From: Candidatus Giovannonibacteria bacterium
Lineage (GTDB): Bacteria; Patescibacteriota; Minisyncoccia; UBA11713; 2-01-FULL-45-33
NCBI GenBank assembly: GCA_016176295.1
Contig: JACOXN010000004.1
Span: 6,655 to 70,654 of the forward strand
DNA length: 64,000 nt
Reading direction: 5' to 3'
A program made the translations under genes and the position numbers. Below, piece after piece: positions 20,424 through 30,155 of this stretch; the first letter of the stretch is position 1, and the number at the start of each line of letters is the position of its first letter. Under the pieces are notes generated by a model. The model saw only the letters and a list, made by a program, of their open reading frames with translations, ran no database searches and was not told the DNA's origin.

Positions 20424-20638
20424 TTGGGAGAAGTGGACTATAAGGGTGCTCTACGCGTAAGAGCAGGATTCCAACCCTTACTCCGGAGCGTTTCCTCGAG
20501 GGCTTCCACGAAGCGCAAGCTTCCTCTGAGAAGCGGCTAACAACGTAATAAGACTAAGAGGAACAATGCCAAAGCAATGAACGCTGAGGCAAAAGCGGCC
20601 CCGGGATCATGATTCCGGCTGTCGGCGCTCCCTCCCAA
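20424..20638 (+). ncRNA. Candidate structured ncRNA (~215 nt), family not recognised
   Basis: Closing stem TTGGGAG/CTCCCAA starts right after the promoter; several internal helices; no credible ORF. Confidence 0.65.
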
Positions 20639-20670
20639 CTATTCCTTGAAAAGTTATCCACATATATTAT

Positions 20671-20699
20671 TTGCAGGATAATAATATCTTGCATATACT
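20671..20699 (+). promoter_or_regulatory. Sigma70-type promoter
   Basis: TTGCAG-17-TATACT. Confidence 0.65.
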
Positions 20700-20705
20700 T
20701 AAAAT

Positions 20706-20898
20706 AGGTTAGCAGTGTATGGATATTTTCCAAGTGAAAGCAAAGAGCGCATTTAATACCGGATTCAACAATCCACCGACTATCTAAGTCACCAACCCAC
20801 GCTCTTTACTCACACTTCCCACTGCCACCGCTCTTTTTACAACTCAATACCAACAACTCTTCTTAAGCCCCGGTCCTAGTACCGGGTGCTCTTTTTTT
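20706..20898 (+). ncRNA. Second candidate ncRNA with terminator
   Basis: Stems GCAGTG/CACTGC, AAGTG/CACTT and AAAGAGCG/CGCTCTTT; terminator CCCGGT..ACCGGG plus T tract at 20867-20898. Confidence 0.5.
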
Positions 20899-20900
20899 AT

Positions 20901-21749
20901 TTAACTCATCACCTGGGCGGCAGCGATCGAAAGAAGCACGACCAGAAACGCTATGGTTTTTTTCCAGTGAAAAGGCTCTTTTAATATCAGAACCGCCGAA
21001 GCGTAAACCAAAAAAGGCTGAAGAGAAAAGAGCAGAGCGGTGTGAACTATGCCCAGCCGTTGGTAACTGAAATAAAACAGCAGCCAGGCGACCGTCGTAA
21101 AAATATTCGTAAGGAAAAGCAATGAAAAATTCCGGATAGAAACCCTTTTGGCCGCCTTTGCGAACATAAGCCAAATGGCGAGAGCGGTAATCCCGGAGCG
21201 CACAACCTCAAGCGAAATGGGGTTCCAGGAGATAAGCAGCACTTTGGAGAGCGCGGCGGAAAGCGGCGCCGCCGAAAAAGCCCAGATAAAAAATGGCAGT
21301 GTTTTTTTAGCTATCTTAAAATGTCTTTTTTCCCAATGCGACCAGAGAATGGCCAAAGAAGAAACTAAAGCGGGTATGAGAATATAGTAATTCCTTTCAT
21401 CGGGAAAAATAAAGCTTGAAAAAATAATCGCCGGAATGGCTGTGAGAAGCCCCAAGGTTTCCATCTCGGAGAGATCCTCGAAAGAAAGCGCGCGGTAATA
21501 GAGAACGTTCGTGATAATCGTTATGGCGCAGGAAAGAAGTATCAGCCCCAGGCTCCAGCCGAAAAAAAGCTCGACCGATAACGGCGGACGGAAAAGTATA
21601 AAAATGAAAAGTGTGATGAAAAAAGACAGAGGAAAACTGACGCCGACATAGGTTCTAAAATCGAACTTCTTGAACGACAAAATGGTCTTGTCCAAAACCA
21701 CGGAACCGGTTTGCAGGAACGCCGCCAAAATTGGGAAAAGGAAATTCAT
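20901..21749 (-). CDS. EamA/DMT family transporter
   Basis: About 10 TM segments in two repeats; ILKE motif. Confidence 0.85.
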   Translation of the reverse strand: MNFLFPILAAFLQTGSVVLDKTILSFKKFDFRTYVGVSFPLSFFITLFIFILFRPPLSVELFFGWSLGLILLSCAITIITNVLYYRALSFEDLSEMETLGLLTAIPAIIFSSFIFPDERNYYILIPALVSSLAILWSHWEKRHFKIAKKTLPFFIWAFSAAPLSAALSKVLLISWNPISLEVVRSGITALAIWLMFAKAAKRVSIRNFSLLFLTNIFTTVAWLLFYFSYQRLGIVHTALLFSLQPFLVYASAVLILKEPFHWKKTIAFLVVLLSIAAAQVMS

Positions 21750-22321
21750 GCTTTGGTCTTCAAATTAAGCAGCGCCGGCAATTTTTTAAAATCTTTTTCA
21801 AGCTCTTTTAATACATTAGTCGAACGGAGCGCGGCAGCCGGATGGTAAAGCGGCAGGATAAGCACGCTTTTTTCTTTGGTTTTTACGATTACGGGCTTTC
21901 CATGGTCCAGCGATATCTTTGCATTGGGCAAAAAATAGTTCATGGAAAAACGCCCAAGGGTGGCAATCACTTTCGGATCGATTATCTTTATCTGTTTCTT
22001 TAAATAAGGCTTATACGCCTCTATCTCTTCCGGCAGCGGATCGCGGTTTTCCGGGGGACGCCTTTTTACGATATTTGAAATATAAACCGATCCCCTCGGC
22101 CAGCCAATATCCGCCAAGAGCTTACCCAAAAGTTTTCCGGCGCGTCCGACGAACGGCCGTCCAACCTTATCTTCAAAAAAACCGGGCGCCTCGCCGATAA
22201 ACATAACACGAGCCTCGGGGTCTCCCTCTCCGAAAACCAGAGTGGCCGAGCCGAAGAGTGGCAAGCCTTCGTCGGTTTCCATGTTCTTTTTTAACTCATC
22301 CAAGAGGATTTTTTTATTCAT
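21746..22321 (-). CDS. Uracil-DNA glycosylase family 4
   Basis: [24 protein letters not shown]. Confidence 0.93.
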   Translation of the reverse strand: MNKKILLDELKKNMETDEGLPLFGSATLVFGEGDPEARVMFIGEAPGFFEDKVGRPFVGRAGKLLGKLLADIGWPRGSVYISNIVKRRPPENRDPLPEEIEAYKPYLKKQIKIIDPKVIATLGRFSMNYFLPNAKISLDHGKPVIVKTKEKSVLILPLYHPAAALRSTNVLKELEKDFKKLPALLNLKTKA

Positions 22322-22322
22322 T

Positions 22323-22937
22323 TTATTTTTTAACTGAATTTCTGTTTTTTATTAAATGAATGACGGGCGGAATAAAAGAAACAACGACTATGCCGAGAAT
22401 TATGGGAATTATGTATTTATCAACTCCCGGAATAACACTCCCTAAAAAATAACCGAGCAAAGTCATCCCGAATGACCAAATAAGAGCACCCAAAATATTG
22501 TAATAAATAAACGTAGAATAGCTCATCCGGCCAATACCGGCCACTATCGGAGCAAAAGTTCTGATCACTGGAAGAAAACGCGCCAAGACGATTGTCATAG
22601 GCCCCTTTTTTTCGAAATAAGATCTTGCCCTTTCCAAATGATCTTTATGGAATAGAACAGAATCTTCTTTTTTAAAGAGCGCCGGTCCTACTTTGGCGCC
22701 AAAAGCATAGCCGAAATTATCCCCCAGCACGGCCGCAATGAACGTGATAAGGCACAATAGCCAGATGTTCAGGATGCCCTGCGAAGCCAGAAAACCTGCC
22801 GTAAAAAGCAAAGAGTCCCCGGGAAGAAAAAAACCGAGAAAAAGCCCGGATTCCGCGAATACAATAAAAAAAAGCCCGAAATACCCGGCCGTTCGGACCA
22901 GCAGCTCCAGATCTAACCCCAAAATCGAGTCCAACAT
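22323..22937 (-). CDS. DedA family membrane protein
   Basis: [24 protein letters not shown]. Confidence 0.94.
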   Translation of the reverse strand: MLDSILGLDLELLVRTAGYFGLFFIVFAESGLFLGFFLPGDSLLFTAGFLASQGILNIWLLCLITFIAAVLGDNFGYAFGAKVGPALFKKEDSVLFHKDHLERARSYFEKKGPMTIVLARFLPVIRTFAPIVAGIGRMSYSTFIYYNILGALIWSFGMTLLGYFLGSVIPGVDKYIIPIILGIVVVSFIPPVIHLIKNRNSVKK

Positions 22938-22943
22938 AATAAA

Positions 22944-24080
22944 TTAAAAAACTTGATAAAGCAATTCATATATTATGCTAGCCCCAAAAATGATTGAAAG
23001 CAAAATCTGGCTTACTAGGCCAAAAGAAAGAAATCTTTCGGTACGCCCGAACCGCTTTCTGAGGCTGCGCAAAATAAAGATAACAAAAAGACCGTCAAAA
23101 GCTATGAAGAGACCCCCGACTATGGAAATGAGTTTTACGAAATCATCGGCCCCCAGAAGAAACACGGCCAGAGGCACAAGCACGGTAAAAAGCCAAGCCA
23201 TAAGTTCTTTCATACCAATATCCAGCCGATATATCTCTTTTAGATCGAATCCGAGCGCCAAATAAGACGTGAACATAGCAAGAACACCGATAAAAGCTCC
23301 GAGTGATATGACCCACGCTCCGCCCATTTGGGAAGCAAGTCCTGCGAGTGACTCAATTGAAGGCATGCCTGACGCCATCAAAACAGAAACTATAAATATC
23401 AAATATAGCGCAGCGGGAACTACCGTCCCCAAAAGGATGGCTTTTTTAAAAAGACCATCCTTCTTGCCCGGAAACAAGTTTCTGGCGTCGGCGATTACCG
23501 AAAGCCCCGTTAAAGAGAATAAAAAAATACCGAAGACAAAAAACGGGTCTGAACCCAGAAAAATGACATCGTTTTTGCCAAAACCGCTCTTTGCAGCGAG
23601 ACCGGATATGACCAAAATCGCCAATATCAAAAATATGGTAAGGACCAAATTAAGAAAACCTATATTCTCAATGTTCCATGATAATAAAATAACGCCGCCC
23701 GCCGCGAAAAATACCACGGTCCAAAAGAGAGGCGAAAATCCGAAAAGCATTGAAAGGAAAGAGCCGCCCAGCGCGCCGTAAATAAGAAGTGCCGCGCTGA
23801 ACCCGAATATACCGGTGAATTTCTCAAAATGCCCAGCCCAATTCCCAAGATAGATGCGCGCATAACCGGGAAGCCTGTGGGAACCCGAGGTGTTGGAGAT
23901 TATTTCTCCGTACGCCAGATGTACGGATAGCACAGCGAAAAGCGCAAGAACCGCAGCGGCCAACGAACTCCAGAAACCTGAAACGCTGATTGCATAGGGC
24001 AGCGCGAACATTCCGGAGCCGATTATCATTCCGCCGATCAAGCCAACAGCTTCCCAGAATGACGATTTAAAAACGCGCAT
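22944..24080 (-). CDS. Aromatic amino acid permease-like transporter (HAAAP)
   Basis: IIGSGMFALPY, about 11 TM segments, FTSYL. Confidence 0.82.
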   Translation of the reverse strand: MRVFKSSFWEAVGLIGGMIIGSGMFALPYAISVSGFWSSLAAAVLALFAVLSVHLAYGEIISNTSGSHRLPGYARIYLGNWAGHFEKFTGIFGFSAALLIYGALGGSFLSMLFGFSPLFWTVVFFAAGGVILLSWNIENIGFLNLVLTIFLILAILVISGLAAKSGFGKNDVIFLGSDPFFVFGIFLFSLTGLSVIADARNLFPGKKDGLFKKAILLGTVVPAALYLIFIVSVLMASGMPSIESLAGLASQMGGAWVISLGAFIGVLAMFTSYLALGFDLKEIYRLDIGMKELMAWLFTVLVPLAVFLLGADDFVKLISIVGGLFIAFDGLFVIFILRSLRKRFGRTERFLSFGLVSQILLSIIFGASIIYELLYQVF

Positions 24081-24083
24081 TGA

Positions 24084-24563
24084 TCATTTTTCCGCCCGTG
24101 GTATCTGTTTTTCCAGACGCCTTAAGGCCCAAAATACGAGAAGTACGAGCACCGTCGAAAAAATAGCGACAGAATTGAAACCCATGCCGGCGGCGATTCC
24201 TATAGCCGCGGTCACCCACATTCCTGCGGCGGTAGTGAGGCCCAGAACCTTGTTTTCTTTAAAAACAATGAGCCCCGCGCCCAAAAAACCGATACCGACC
24301 ACAATATTCGCGATCAAATGATAATCATAGCCCGGAACCCCGTTCACAGACGGATATGCGCTGTATGCTTGAATCGAAATAACGGTAAAAAGCGCTGCCC
24401 CCAAAGAGACCAGCGTATAGGTACGGAGTCCGGCAGCTTTTCCTTTGTGTTCCCTTTCCGCGCCGATCAACATACCCAATACTATGGCTAAAACAAGCCT
24501 CAACGACATTTCGAAAGTTTCGGACTGGATCAGAAAATGTTTTATGATAACGGGATCAATCAT
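24084..24563 (-). CDS. MgtC/SapB family protein
   Basis: IGAERE..AGLRT, GIGFLGAG, GLTTAA. Confidence 0.93.
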   Translation of the reverse strand: MIDPVIIKHFLIQSETFEMSLRLVLAIVLGMLIGAEREHKGKAAGLRTYTLVSLGAALFTVISIQAYSAYPSVNGVPGYDYHLIANIVVGIGFLGAGLIVFKENKVLGLTTAAGMWVTAAIGIAAGMGFNSVAIFSTVLVLLVFWALRRLEKQIPRAEK

Positions 24564-24578
24564 ATCTTTCCGATAAAA

Positions 24579-25154
24579 TTAATAATACCTGGAACTTTTT
24601 TCCTTTTTTATCAATTCCAAAACTTTAGCAACAAGCGACTTCGGATCGGCATCGTAAACAATATTTCCGGGGCCTCTATTGGATTTTTCGATAATATCCC
24701 GAACCACCTCGGTAGAGCCTCCCGCTCCATCCAAAACTCCGATGGGCTTTCCGTCTTCCAGAGCGATGGTAAATTCGTTCAAAGTGCCCCATCTTCCGCA
24801 GCCCACGATTATAGCATCCGCGGCACGGGTTAAAAGCAGATTCCTGCCGGAATAGCCGAAGCCGGTGTAGATAATGACATCCATGTAGTCCAGTGGAAGA
24901 TTGTATTTTTCTACATGATCCTTCTCCGAGGTGGCGGGAGAAAGACCGATAGAAAACCCGTTGGCTTCCTTAGCTCCCATGGCTGACCACATCGGAAACC
25001 CGGTGGTGGCGCCCGTAACTAAAACCGCGCCTTCCTCGACGATGGCCCGTCCGATAATCTTCGCTTTTTCCAGAGTATCCGGAGCGCAGTGGCCGGTCTC
25101 AGCCGCCCCAGACACACATATTTTGTATTTAAGATGTATATGCTTCTCATCCAT
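24579..25154 (-). CDS. LOG/SLOG family protein (TIGR00725-like)
   Basis: LVTGA, IGLSP, GRN, GTLNE; TATAAT 6 nt before ATG 25154. Confidence 0.85.
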   Translation of the reverse strand: MDEKHIHLKYKICVSGAAETGHCAPDTLEKAKIIGRAIVEEGAVLVTGATTGFPMWSAMGAKEANGFSIGLSPATSEKDHVEKYNLPLDYMDVIIYTGFGYSGRNLLLTRAADAIIVGCGRWGTLNEFTIALEDGKPIGVLDGAGGSTEVVRDIIEKSNRGPGNIVYDADPKSLVAKVLELIKKEKSSRYY

Positions 25155-25208
25155 TCCTGAATTATACCTCACCCGCTAAAATTTTCATCCACAACTTATA
25201 GCAAAAAA

Positions 25209-26564
25209 CTACAACTCAACACTCTCGCCGTATTTTGGCGCATAGGCTTCGATGCCCATATAATCGCGGATGGTTTGCACCAGATTGAACGAAGACCGCG
25301 GCTCGCCGTGCACCAGAAAAACTTTTTTTAAAGTGTCGGCTTTTCCCTGCACAAAATTGAAAAGATCTTCTTTGTCGGGGTGCGCCGAATATCCGTTTAT
25401 TTCTTCAATATGGCAATTGACCGGGACTTCATCTCCGAAAAGTGTTACAGTCTTTGCGCCGTCCCTGATGCGGCGGCCCAGAGTTCCCGGAGCCTGGTAA
25501 CCGACAAAAAGTATGGTATTTCTCGAGTCTTTCAGATACCGGCGCTCGTGGTGAAGTATCCTTCCGCCCGTAGACATCCCGGAACCGGCAATTATTATTT
25601 TGGGCGCGGAGACATTATTTATTTCCTTGGATTCTTCGGTGGTCAATGTGAATTTAACGTCGGGAACGCTAAAAAAAGAAAATGAGCCCGTCTGCCCGAA
25701 AGCTTTTTTCAGGTGGGTATCGTAATATTTTTGATAAATTTTTGTGGCTTTTATGGCAAGCGGACTATCGAGAAAAATGGGGATCTCTGGTATCTGTTTT
25801 TCTTTGAGCATGCCGGATATTTCCCAAAGCAGCTGCTGCGTCCTCTCTAGTGAAAAAGCCGGGATCATCAAAACTCCTCCCCGCCCGACACTTTTTTCTA
25901 TAACTCGCTCCAATTTGAGCCTCCTCTCCGCTTCGCCTTCGTGGTCGGTATCGCCATATGTCGATTCAGCCACCAAGAACTGCGGGCCAAGCGGAGTTTC
26001 TTTCACTTCTATCAATGGATTGCTAGGGTTCCCGAGGTCGCCCGTGAAAAGCGCCTTTGTCGCCCCTTCTTCGACAAGCAACATTGAAGAGCCCAGAATA
26101 TGCCCGGCATTGTAAAGCGTCACCGTAAAACTCCCCGCGGCTATTTTTTCCATGTAATTTTTCCCCTCCCACATACCGATCGCGCGCGACACATCCTCCT
26201 CGGAATAAAAGACCTCCTCCTTTTCGCGCGAGGCTTCTTTAGTCATTACGCCCAGGCTGTCGGAAAGCATCAGCTCGCCCAGATCTTTTGTGGGAAGCGA
26301 GGAATAAATTTTCCCCATGAAACCGTCTTTAACAAGCTTGGGGATCCTTCCGGTGTGGTCCAAATGCGCGTGAGTTATGAAAAGCGCTTCAATGCCCGCG
26401 GGGTCGAACGGAAACTTTTCACGGTTGCGGTCATCGCAAAATTTATGGCCGCCCTGGAAAAGACCGCAATCTATTAGTATTTTATCTTTCGCCGGAGATC
26501 CTGATTCAAGAAGAAAACAGCTTCCGGTCACTTCCTCCGCCGCGCCATAAAATGTAAGTTTCAT
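25209..26564 (-). CDS. MBL/beta-CASP ribonuclease
   Basis: DCGLFQG, THAHLDHTG, AGHILGS, ESTYG, YSAH, VHGE. Confidence 0.93.
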   Translation of the reverse strand: MKLTFYGAAEEVTGSCFLLESGSPAKDKILIDCGLFQGGHKFCDDRNREKFPFDPAGIEALFITHAHLDHTGRIPKLVKDGFMGKIYSSLPTKDLGELMLSDSLGVMTKEASREKEEVFYSEEDVSRAIGMWEGKNYMEKIAAGSFTVTLYNAGHILGSSMLLVEEGATKALFTGDLGNPSNPLIEVKETPLGPQFLVAESTYGDTDHEGEAERRLKLERVIEKSVGRGGVLMIPAFSLERTQQLLWEISGMLKEKQIPEIPIFLDSPLAIKATKIYQKYYDTHLKKAFGQTGSFSFFSVPDVKFTLTTEESKEINNVSAPKIIIAGSGMSTGGRILHHERRYLKDSRNTILFVGYQAPGTLGRRIRDGAKTVTLFGDEVPVNCHIEEINGYSAHPDKEDLFNFVQGKADTLKKVFLVHGEPRSSFNLVQTIRDYMGIEAYAPKYGESVEL

Positions 26565-26977
26565 AATTTAATTCGAATACATTTGTAATAAATAATACCA
26601 AACAGACCGCCCAAAAGATCCATGAGAAGGTCGGCCAAAGTATCTTCGTAGACTTTGGGCAGCTTGGTGTATCCGCTCATCAATATATACCTGTCTGAGA
26701 CGAATTCCCCCATTTCCCAGATGGCTCCCACCAAAACCACTATTCCAAGGAGCCCAAGCACAAGGGCCGTGGCCGAATGCCGGCCGGAAAGTTCCCAGTT
26801 GAAGTTCGCCTTTGCGGACCTCGCTAAAATAAGGACCCAAAAACCTCCGATAAAATGGAGCAATACGTCGTACCACCAAAAAACAAAGTATAAACGGTAA
26901 AAAAGCCCGACCGCCCAGAGAACAAAGAGAACGACCAGCACGAGCGCCACTAAACCGAACGAAGTATGCGGCTTCAT
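26561..26977 (-). CDS. Membrane protein (VanZ/DUF2238-like)
   Basis: YDVLLHFIGG, WEMGE, DTLADL. Confidence 0.75.
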   Translation of the reverse strand: MKPHTSFGLVALVLVVLFVLWAVGLFYRLYFVFWWYDVLLHFIGGFWVLILARSAKANFNWELSGRHSATALVLGLLGIVVLVGAIWEMGEFVSDRYILMSGYTKLPKVYEDTLADLLMDLLGGLFGIIYYKCIRIKL

Positions 26978-26983
26978 GTAACT

Positions 26984-27574
26984 TTAGAACATTATATCCT
27001 CCTCCGCCCGTTTATAGTCGTGGATCTCTTCCGGCGAGAACCAGTGTTCGATTTCATGCGAAGATTCTTCCTGATTTCCGGAAGCATGCACAATATTTTT
27101 TACAACACGCTTCTCTACATTGGCTGCAGAGGGAGTATCTACTGAGTAATCTCCGCGAATCGTGCCTGGCAAAGCTTCAATTGGATAAGTATGTCCGACT
27201 ATTTTGCGCACGGTACTAATAGCATGCATTCCTTCAATAACCATAGCCACAACCGGACCGGCGGTTAGATAGTCTGCAAGCCAACTTTTAACCTGTTTTC
27301 CTATCTCAACTACATCGTCAGTGCCAAAATGTTCGTTAACGTTTATTTTTTTACCATCAAAAAATTCTTTGGTCCGGGAACCAACGGACTTAAACCATTC
27401 ATCGTGAGATGGGTAGTGCTTATTAATGTGTTCGGCAGTAGGCCAAACCATTTTTAATGCAATAATCTTGAGACCTCGTTTCTCAAAACGAGTTAATACT
27501 TCCCCTACTAAACCCCTCATTACTCCGTCAGGCTTTACTAAAACGAATGTTCTTTCTTCTTTAGGATGTGTCAT
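26984..27574 (-). CDS. ndk: Nucleoside diphosphate kinase
   Basis: ERTFVLVKPDG, PGTIRGD, NIVHAS. Confidence 0.96.
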   Translation of the reverse strand: MTHPKEERTFVLVKPDGVMRGLVGEVLTRFEKRGLKIIALKMVWPTAEHINKHYPSHDEWFKSVGSRTKEFFDGKKINVNEHFGTDDVVEIGKQVKSWLADYLTAGPVVAMVIEGMHAISTVRKIVGHTYPIEALPGTIRGDYSVDTPSAANVEKRVVKNIVHASGNQEESSHEIEHWFSPEEIHDYKRAEEDIMF

Positions 27575-27596
27575 ATTTAATTATATTACTATTTTT

Positions 27597-28472
27597 TTAT
27601 TCGAAATACCAGGAGATAGCTCCGCCGGTAATTTCAAAAATAACCGTCCCGTCGCGGTCCGTGCGGAAAATTTTTGAGCCGACTGAAGCCAGGCGCGTCA
27701 TCGCTTCGCTTGTCGGATGACCATAATTATTTTTACCGACGGAGATAACGGAATATTCCGGCTTAACCTTCCGCAAAAACACGTCCGAGCTTGAATTCTT
27801 AGAGCCATGGTGCCCGACCTTGAGCACATCCACGTCGTCAATAAGCCCCCGCCACGATAAGGCGGCCTCAAGGCCTTTCTCGGCGTCTCCCATAAACATG
27901 ATCTTTTTGCTCTCGAAAATAAGTTCCGCGACCAACATTGCATCGTGAGCGTTCTTTAAGGATCTCCCTTCGAATGAAACATCCGGATAAAGGAATTTAA
28001 TTTCACCTCCGTTAAAGAAAGAAAGTTTGGTCGGCCCTTTCACGTCGATCTTTTTTACTCCTTTAGAAAAAATAAGTCTTTCAAATTCACCGGCTTCGGA
28101 GGTATTATATTCCATCCCGCTTTCAAAAACAGCGCCGACCTCATAACGCTTCAGAACTTCAATCAATCCGGAGACATGGTCTTTATGCGGATGAGTTAAG
28201 ATTACCGCGTCAATGGAACGGTCGTAATAAGGCATGACTGATCCAAGTTTCGAAAGCACCTGCGAATTGGGCCCGCCGTCTATCAAGACCTGAGTGCCGT
28301 CGCGCGCCTGGATAAAAATAGAATCCCCCTGTCCGACGTTCAGAAAATAAACGGCAAGGTCGGGTTCACTCTCTTTTTCAAATACCGCCTGCCAAATAAT
28401 AAGGTTCGACGCGGCCAAAACAAAAAATAATATCCAGAGCCCTTTTTTGTAATAACTTTTAAACACGCTCAT
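27597..28472 (-). CDS. ComEC/Rec2 C-terminal MBL nuclease domain as a separate gene
   Basis: VGQGDS, THPHKDH, KVGHHGS, YGHP, RTD. Confidence 0.92.
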   Translation of the reverse strand: MSVFKSYYKKGLWILFFVLAASNLIIWQAVFEKESEPDLAVYFLNVGQGDSIFIQARDGTQVLIDGGPNSQVLSKLGSVMPYYDRSIDAVILTHPHKDHVSGLIEVLKRYEVGAVFESGMEYNTSEAGEFERLIFSKGVKKIDVKGPTKLSFFNGGEIKFLYPDVSFEGRSLKNAHDAMLVAELIFESKKIMFMGDAEKGLEAALSWRGLIDDVDVLKVGHHGSKNSSSDVFLRKVKPEYSVISVGKNNYGHPTSEAMTRLASVGSKIFRTDRDGTVIFEITGGAISWYFE

Positions 28473-30109
28473 GTTTGCAACCGGTTAGAACTCCTGAAAC
28501 GGATCCATGACCAATAAAAAAGCGCGGCATAAATAAAAAGAAGAAGGGATATGGGTAAAAAGCCGAACTTAATCATGCTGAATGAAAGACCCCCGAAAAA
28601 ATTAACCAGATATATCTGATAAGCAATCAGTATATACGCCGCGCCCGCAATTATTTTACCCAACCCGAGCGAGAAAAAAGAGAAAATACCCCCCAAAAAA
28701 CCAAAAAGCATTACCAAAGGCACGACACTGGCGATGAGTATATTCGCCAGGGGAGAAAGCCAAGAAATTTCCCCGCCCCAGGAAAGGAGAAGCGGCAAAA
28801 CGAATATCTGCGCCGCGAATGACGCGGCGGCGTTTTCCCTTAGCCCCAAAGTTTTTGGAATGAAAGAGAATATTTTTTGGAAAAAAGAAGAAGCGATAAT
28901 AAGCCCCAAAGTCGCCAGGAACGAAAGCTGGAAACCCCGGTCAAACCGCATGAGGAGCGGATTCCAAAGAACCATGAACATTGCGGCCCACATGAGCGCG
29001 AGAAGCGCGGTGTTTTTTCTGCCTGCGCGAAAAGCCAAAAGGCCGATAACAGCCATGAGGGCGGACCGCACCGCCGCGGCCTCGGCTCCCGACATCAATG
29101 TAAAAGCCGATATCGCGGCCACGGCCAAAAGCCAGGCAACGCTTTCCGGAAATATCATGCCGAAAAGCGCCATGGTGAAAATACCCACGATGGTTATGTT
29201 GTAGCCGGAAAGAACAAGTATGTGAATAGTTCCGCTTTTCCGGAAATTATCTACGAGCCCTTTTTCCAAAAAACCCTGATTTCCCAAAAGCATGCCGTCG
29301 GCCAAAGAGGCATGCGGTTCCGGCAAAATCAGGCGCAATTTTTTCTCAAAACCGTCTTTGACCATGAAAAGAAAACTGAAAAATTTGATTTTTAGAGAAG
29401 AAAACCTTGCAGTTGAATTTTCAGATGCGAGATTTTCTTTTTTCTCGATTTCCGGAAAGATCATTTCTGAATAAACTAAGTCTTTTGCGAGAAGTTTTTT
29501 ATTGTCTATAGCGCCGAAAACCTCGGGCTCTTCGATTTTGCCCGATATTTTGAGGGTGTCCCCGTATTTATACTGTGGATAGACCGCTTTCACCACCCGG
29601 AGCTTCCCCAGACCGGTTTCCACTATCAGTTGCTCGCTGTTCGGTTTGGGGATGCTTTTTAAAACTGCTCCGTCCAAAACCATTTCTTCTCCATAATGGA
29701 GATGAAGAAAATCATCTTGGATATTGTTTTCGTAAAGATCGAAGCGAAGAATGCCCAGGAAAAAAAGAAACACGACAAGCGACATTTTTTTTAGAAAAAA
29801 TTTTCCTGAAAATTCATTGCCCGCAACTTCCGTTTCGCTCGGTCTTAACCCTCCCTCGCCAGCTCGGGGGGCTCCGACCTGCCTACCGGCAGGCAGGCGC
29901 GCCTCGCACTCCGAAAGTTGCGGGCAATTTGTTAAATTTCCAGGAGAAATCGACGGTTGAGACTTGGCTCTTTCCAGAATAAATGAAAATAACAAAATAC
30001 CGCCGGTTAGTCCGATGCCAAGGTAAACCCATTCACTCGGAATGTTGAAAAAAGACCGGGAAAATACTCCGGCGAGAAAAGATATCAGAAATAATGCGAT
30101 GCGCGCCAC
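28469..30109 (-). CDS. comEC: ComEC competence channel with ~50-aa palindromic insertion
   Basis: HILVLSGYN, AAVRSALM, FQLSFLAT; probable GTG start at 30109 after TGcTACGAT. Confidence 0.92.
   Translation of the reverse strand: MARIALFLISFLAGVFSRSFFNIPSEWVYLGIGLTGGILLFSFILERAKSQPSISPGNLTNCPQLSECEARLPAGRQVGAPRAGEGGLRPSETEVAGNEFSGKFFLKKMSLVVFLFFLGILRFDLYENNIQDDFLHLHYGEEMVLDGAVLKSIPKPNSEQLIVETGLGKLRVVKAVYPQYKYGDTLKISGKIEEPEVFGAIDNKKLLAKDLVYSEMIFPEIEKKENLASENSTARFSSLKIKFFSFLFMVKDGFEKKLRLILPEPHASLADGMLLGNQGFLEKGLVDNFRKSGTIHILVLSGYNITIVGIFTMALFGMIFPESVAWLLAVAAISAFTLMSGAEAAAVRSALMAVIGLLAFRAGRKNTALLALMWAAMFMVLWNPLLMRFDRGFQLSFLATLGLIIASSFFQKIFSFIPKTLGLRENAAASFAAQIFVLPLLLSWGGEISWLSPLANILIASVVPLVMLFGFLGGIFSFFSLGLGKIIAGAAYILIAYQIYLVNFFGGLSFSMIKFGFLPISLLLFIYAALFYWSWIRFRSSNRLQT
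29800..29950. repeat. Palindromic element (family B-related) inserted in comEC, with nested 20-bp REP
   Basis: ATTGCCCGCAACTT/AAGTTGCGGGCAAT stem; nested CCTGCCTACCGGCAGGCAGG. Confidence 0.85.
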
Positions 30110-30155
30110 GGGCGAATCGTAGCAAAGTCCTTCATTTAATTCCACTGCCGCCTAT

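Noticed and set aside
20424-20638. RNase P or SRP RNA
   Set aside because: No GAGGAAAGTCC-type P4 motif and no SRP helix-8 motif on either strand.
20654-20662. Replication origin
   Set aside because: A single DnaA-box match, no box cluster and no dnaA nearby.
20719-20787. 22-codon ORF MDIFQVKAKSAFNTGFNNPPTI
   Set aside because: No SD and buried in a predicted stem; cannot be supported as a CDS.
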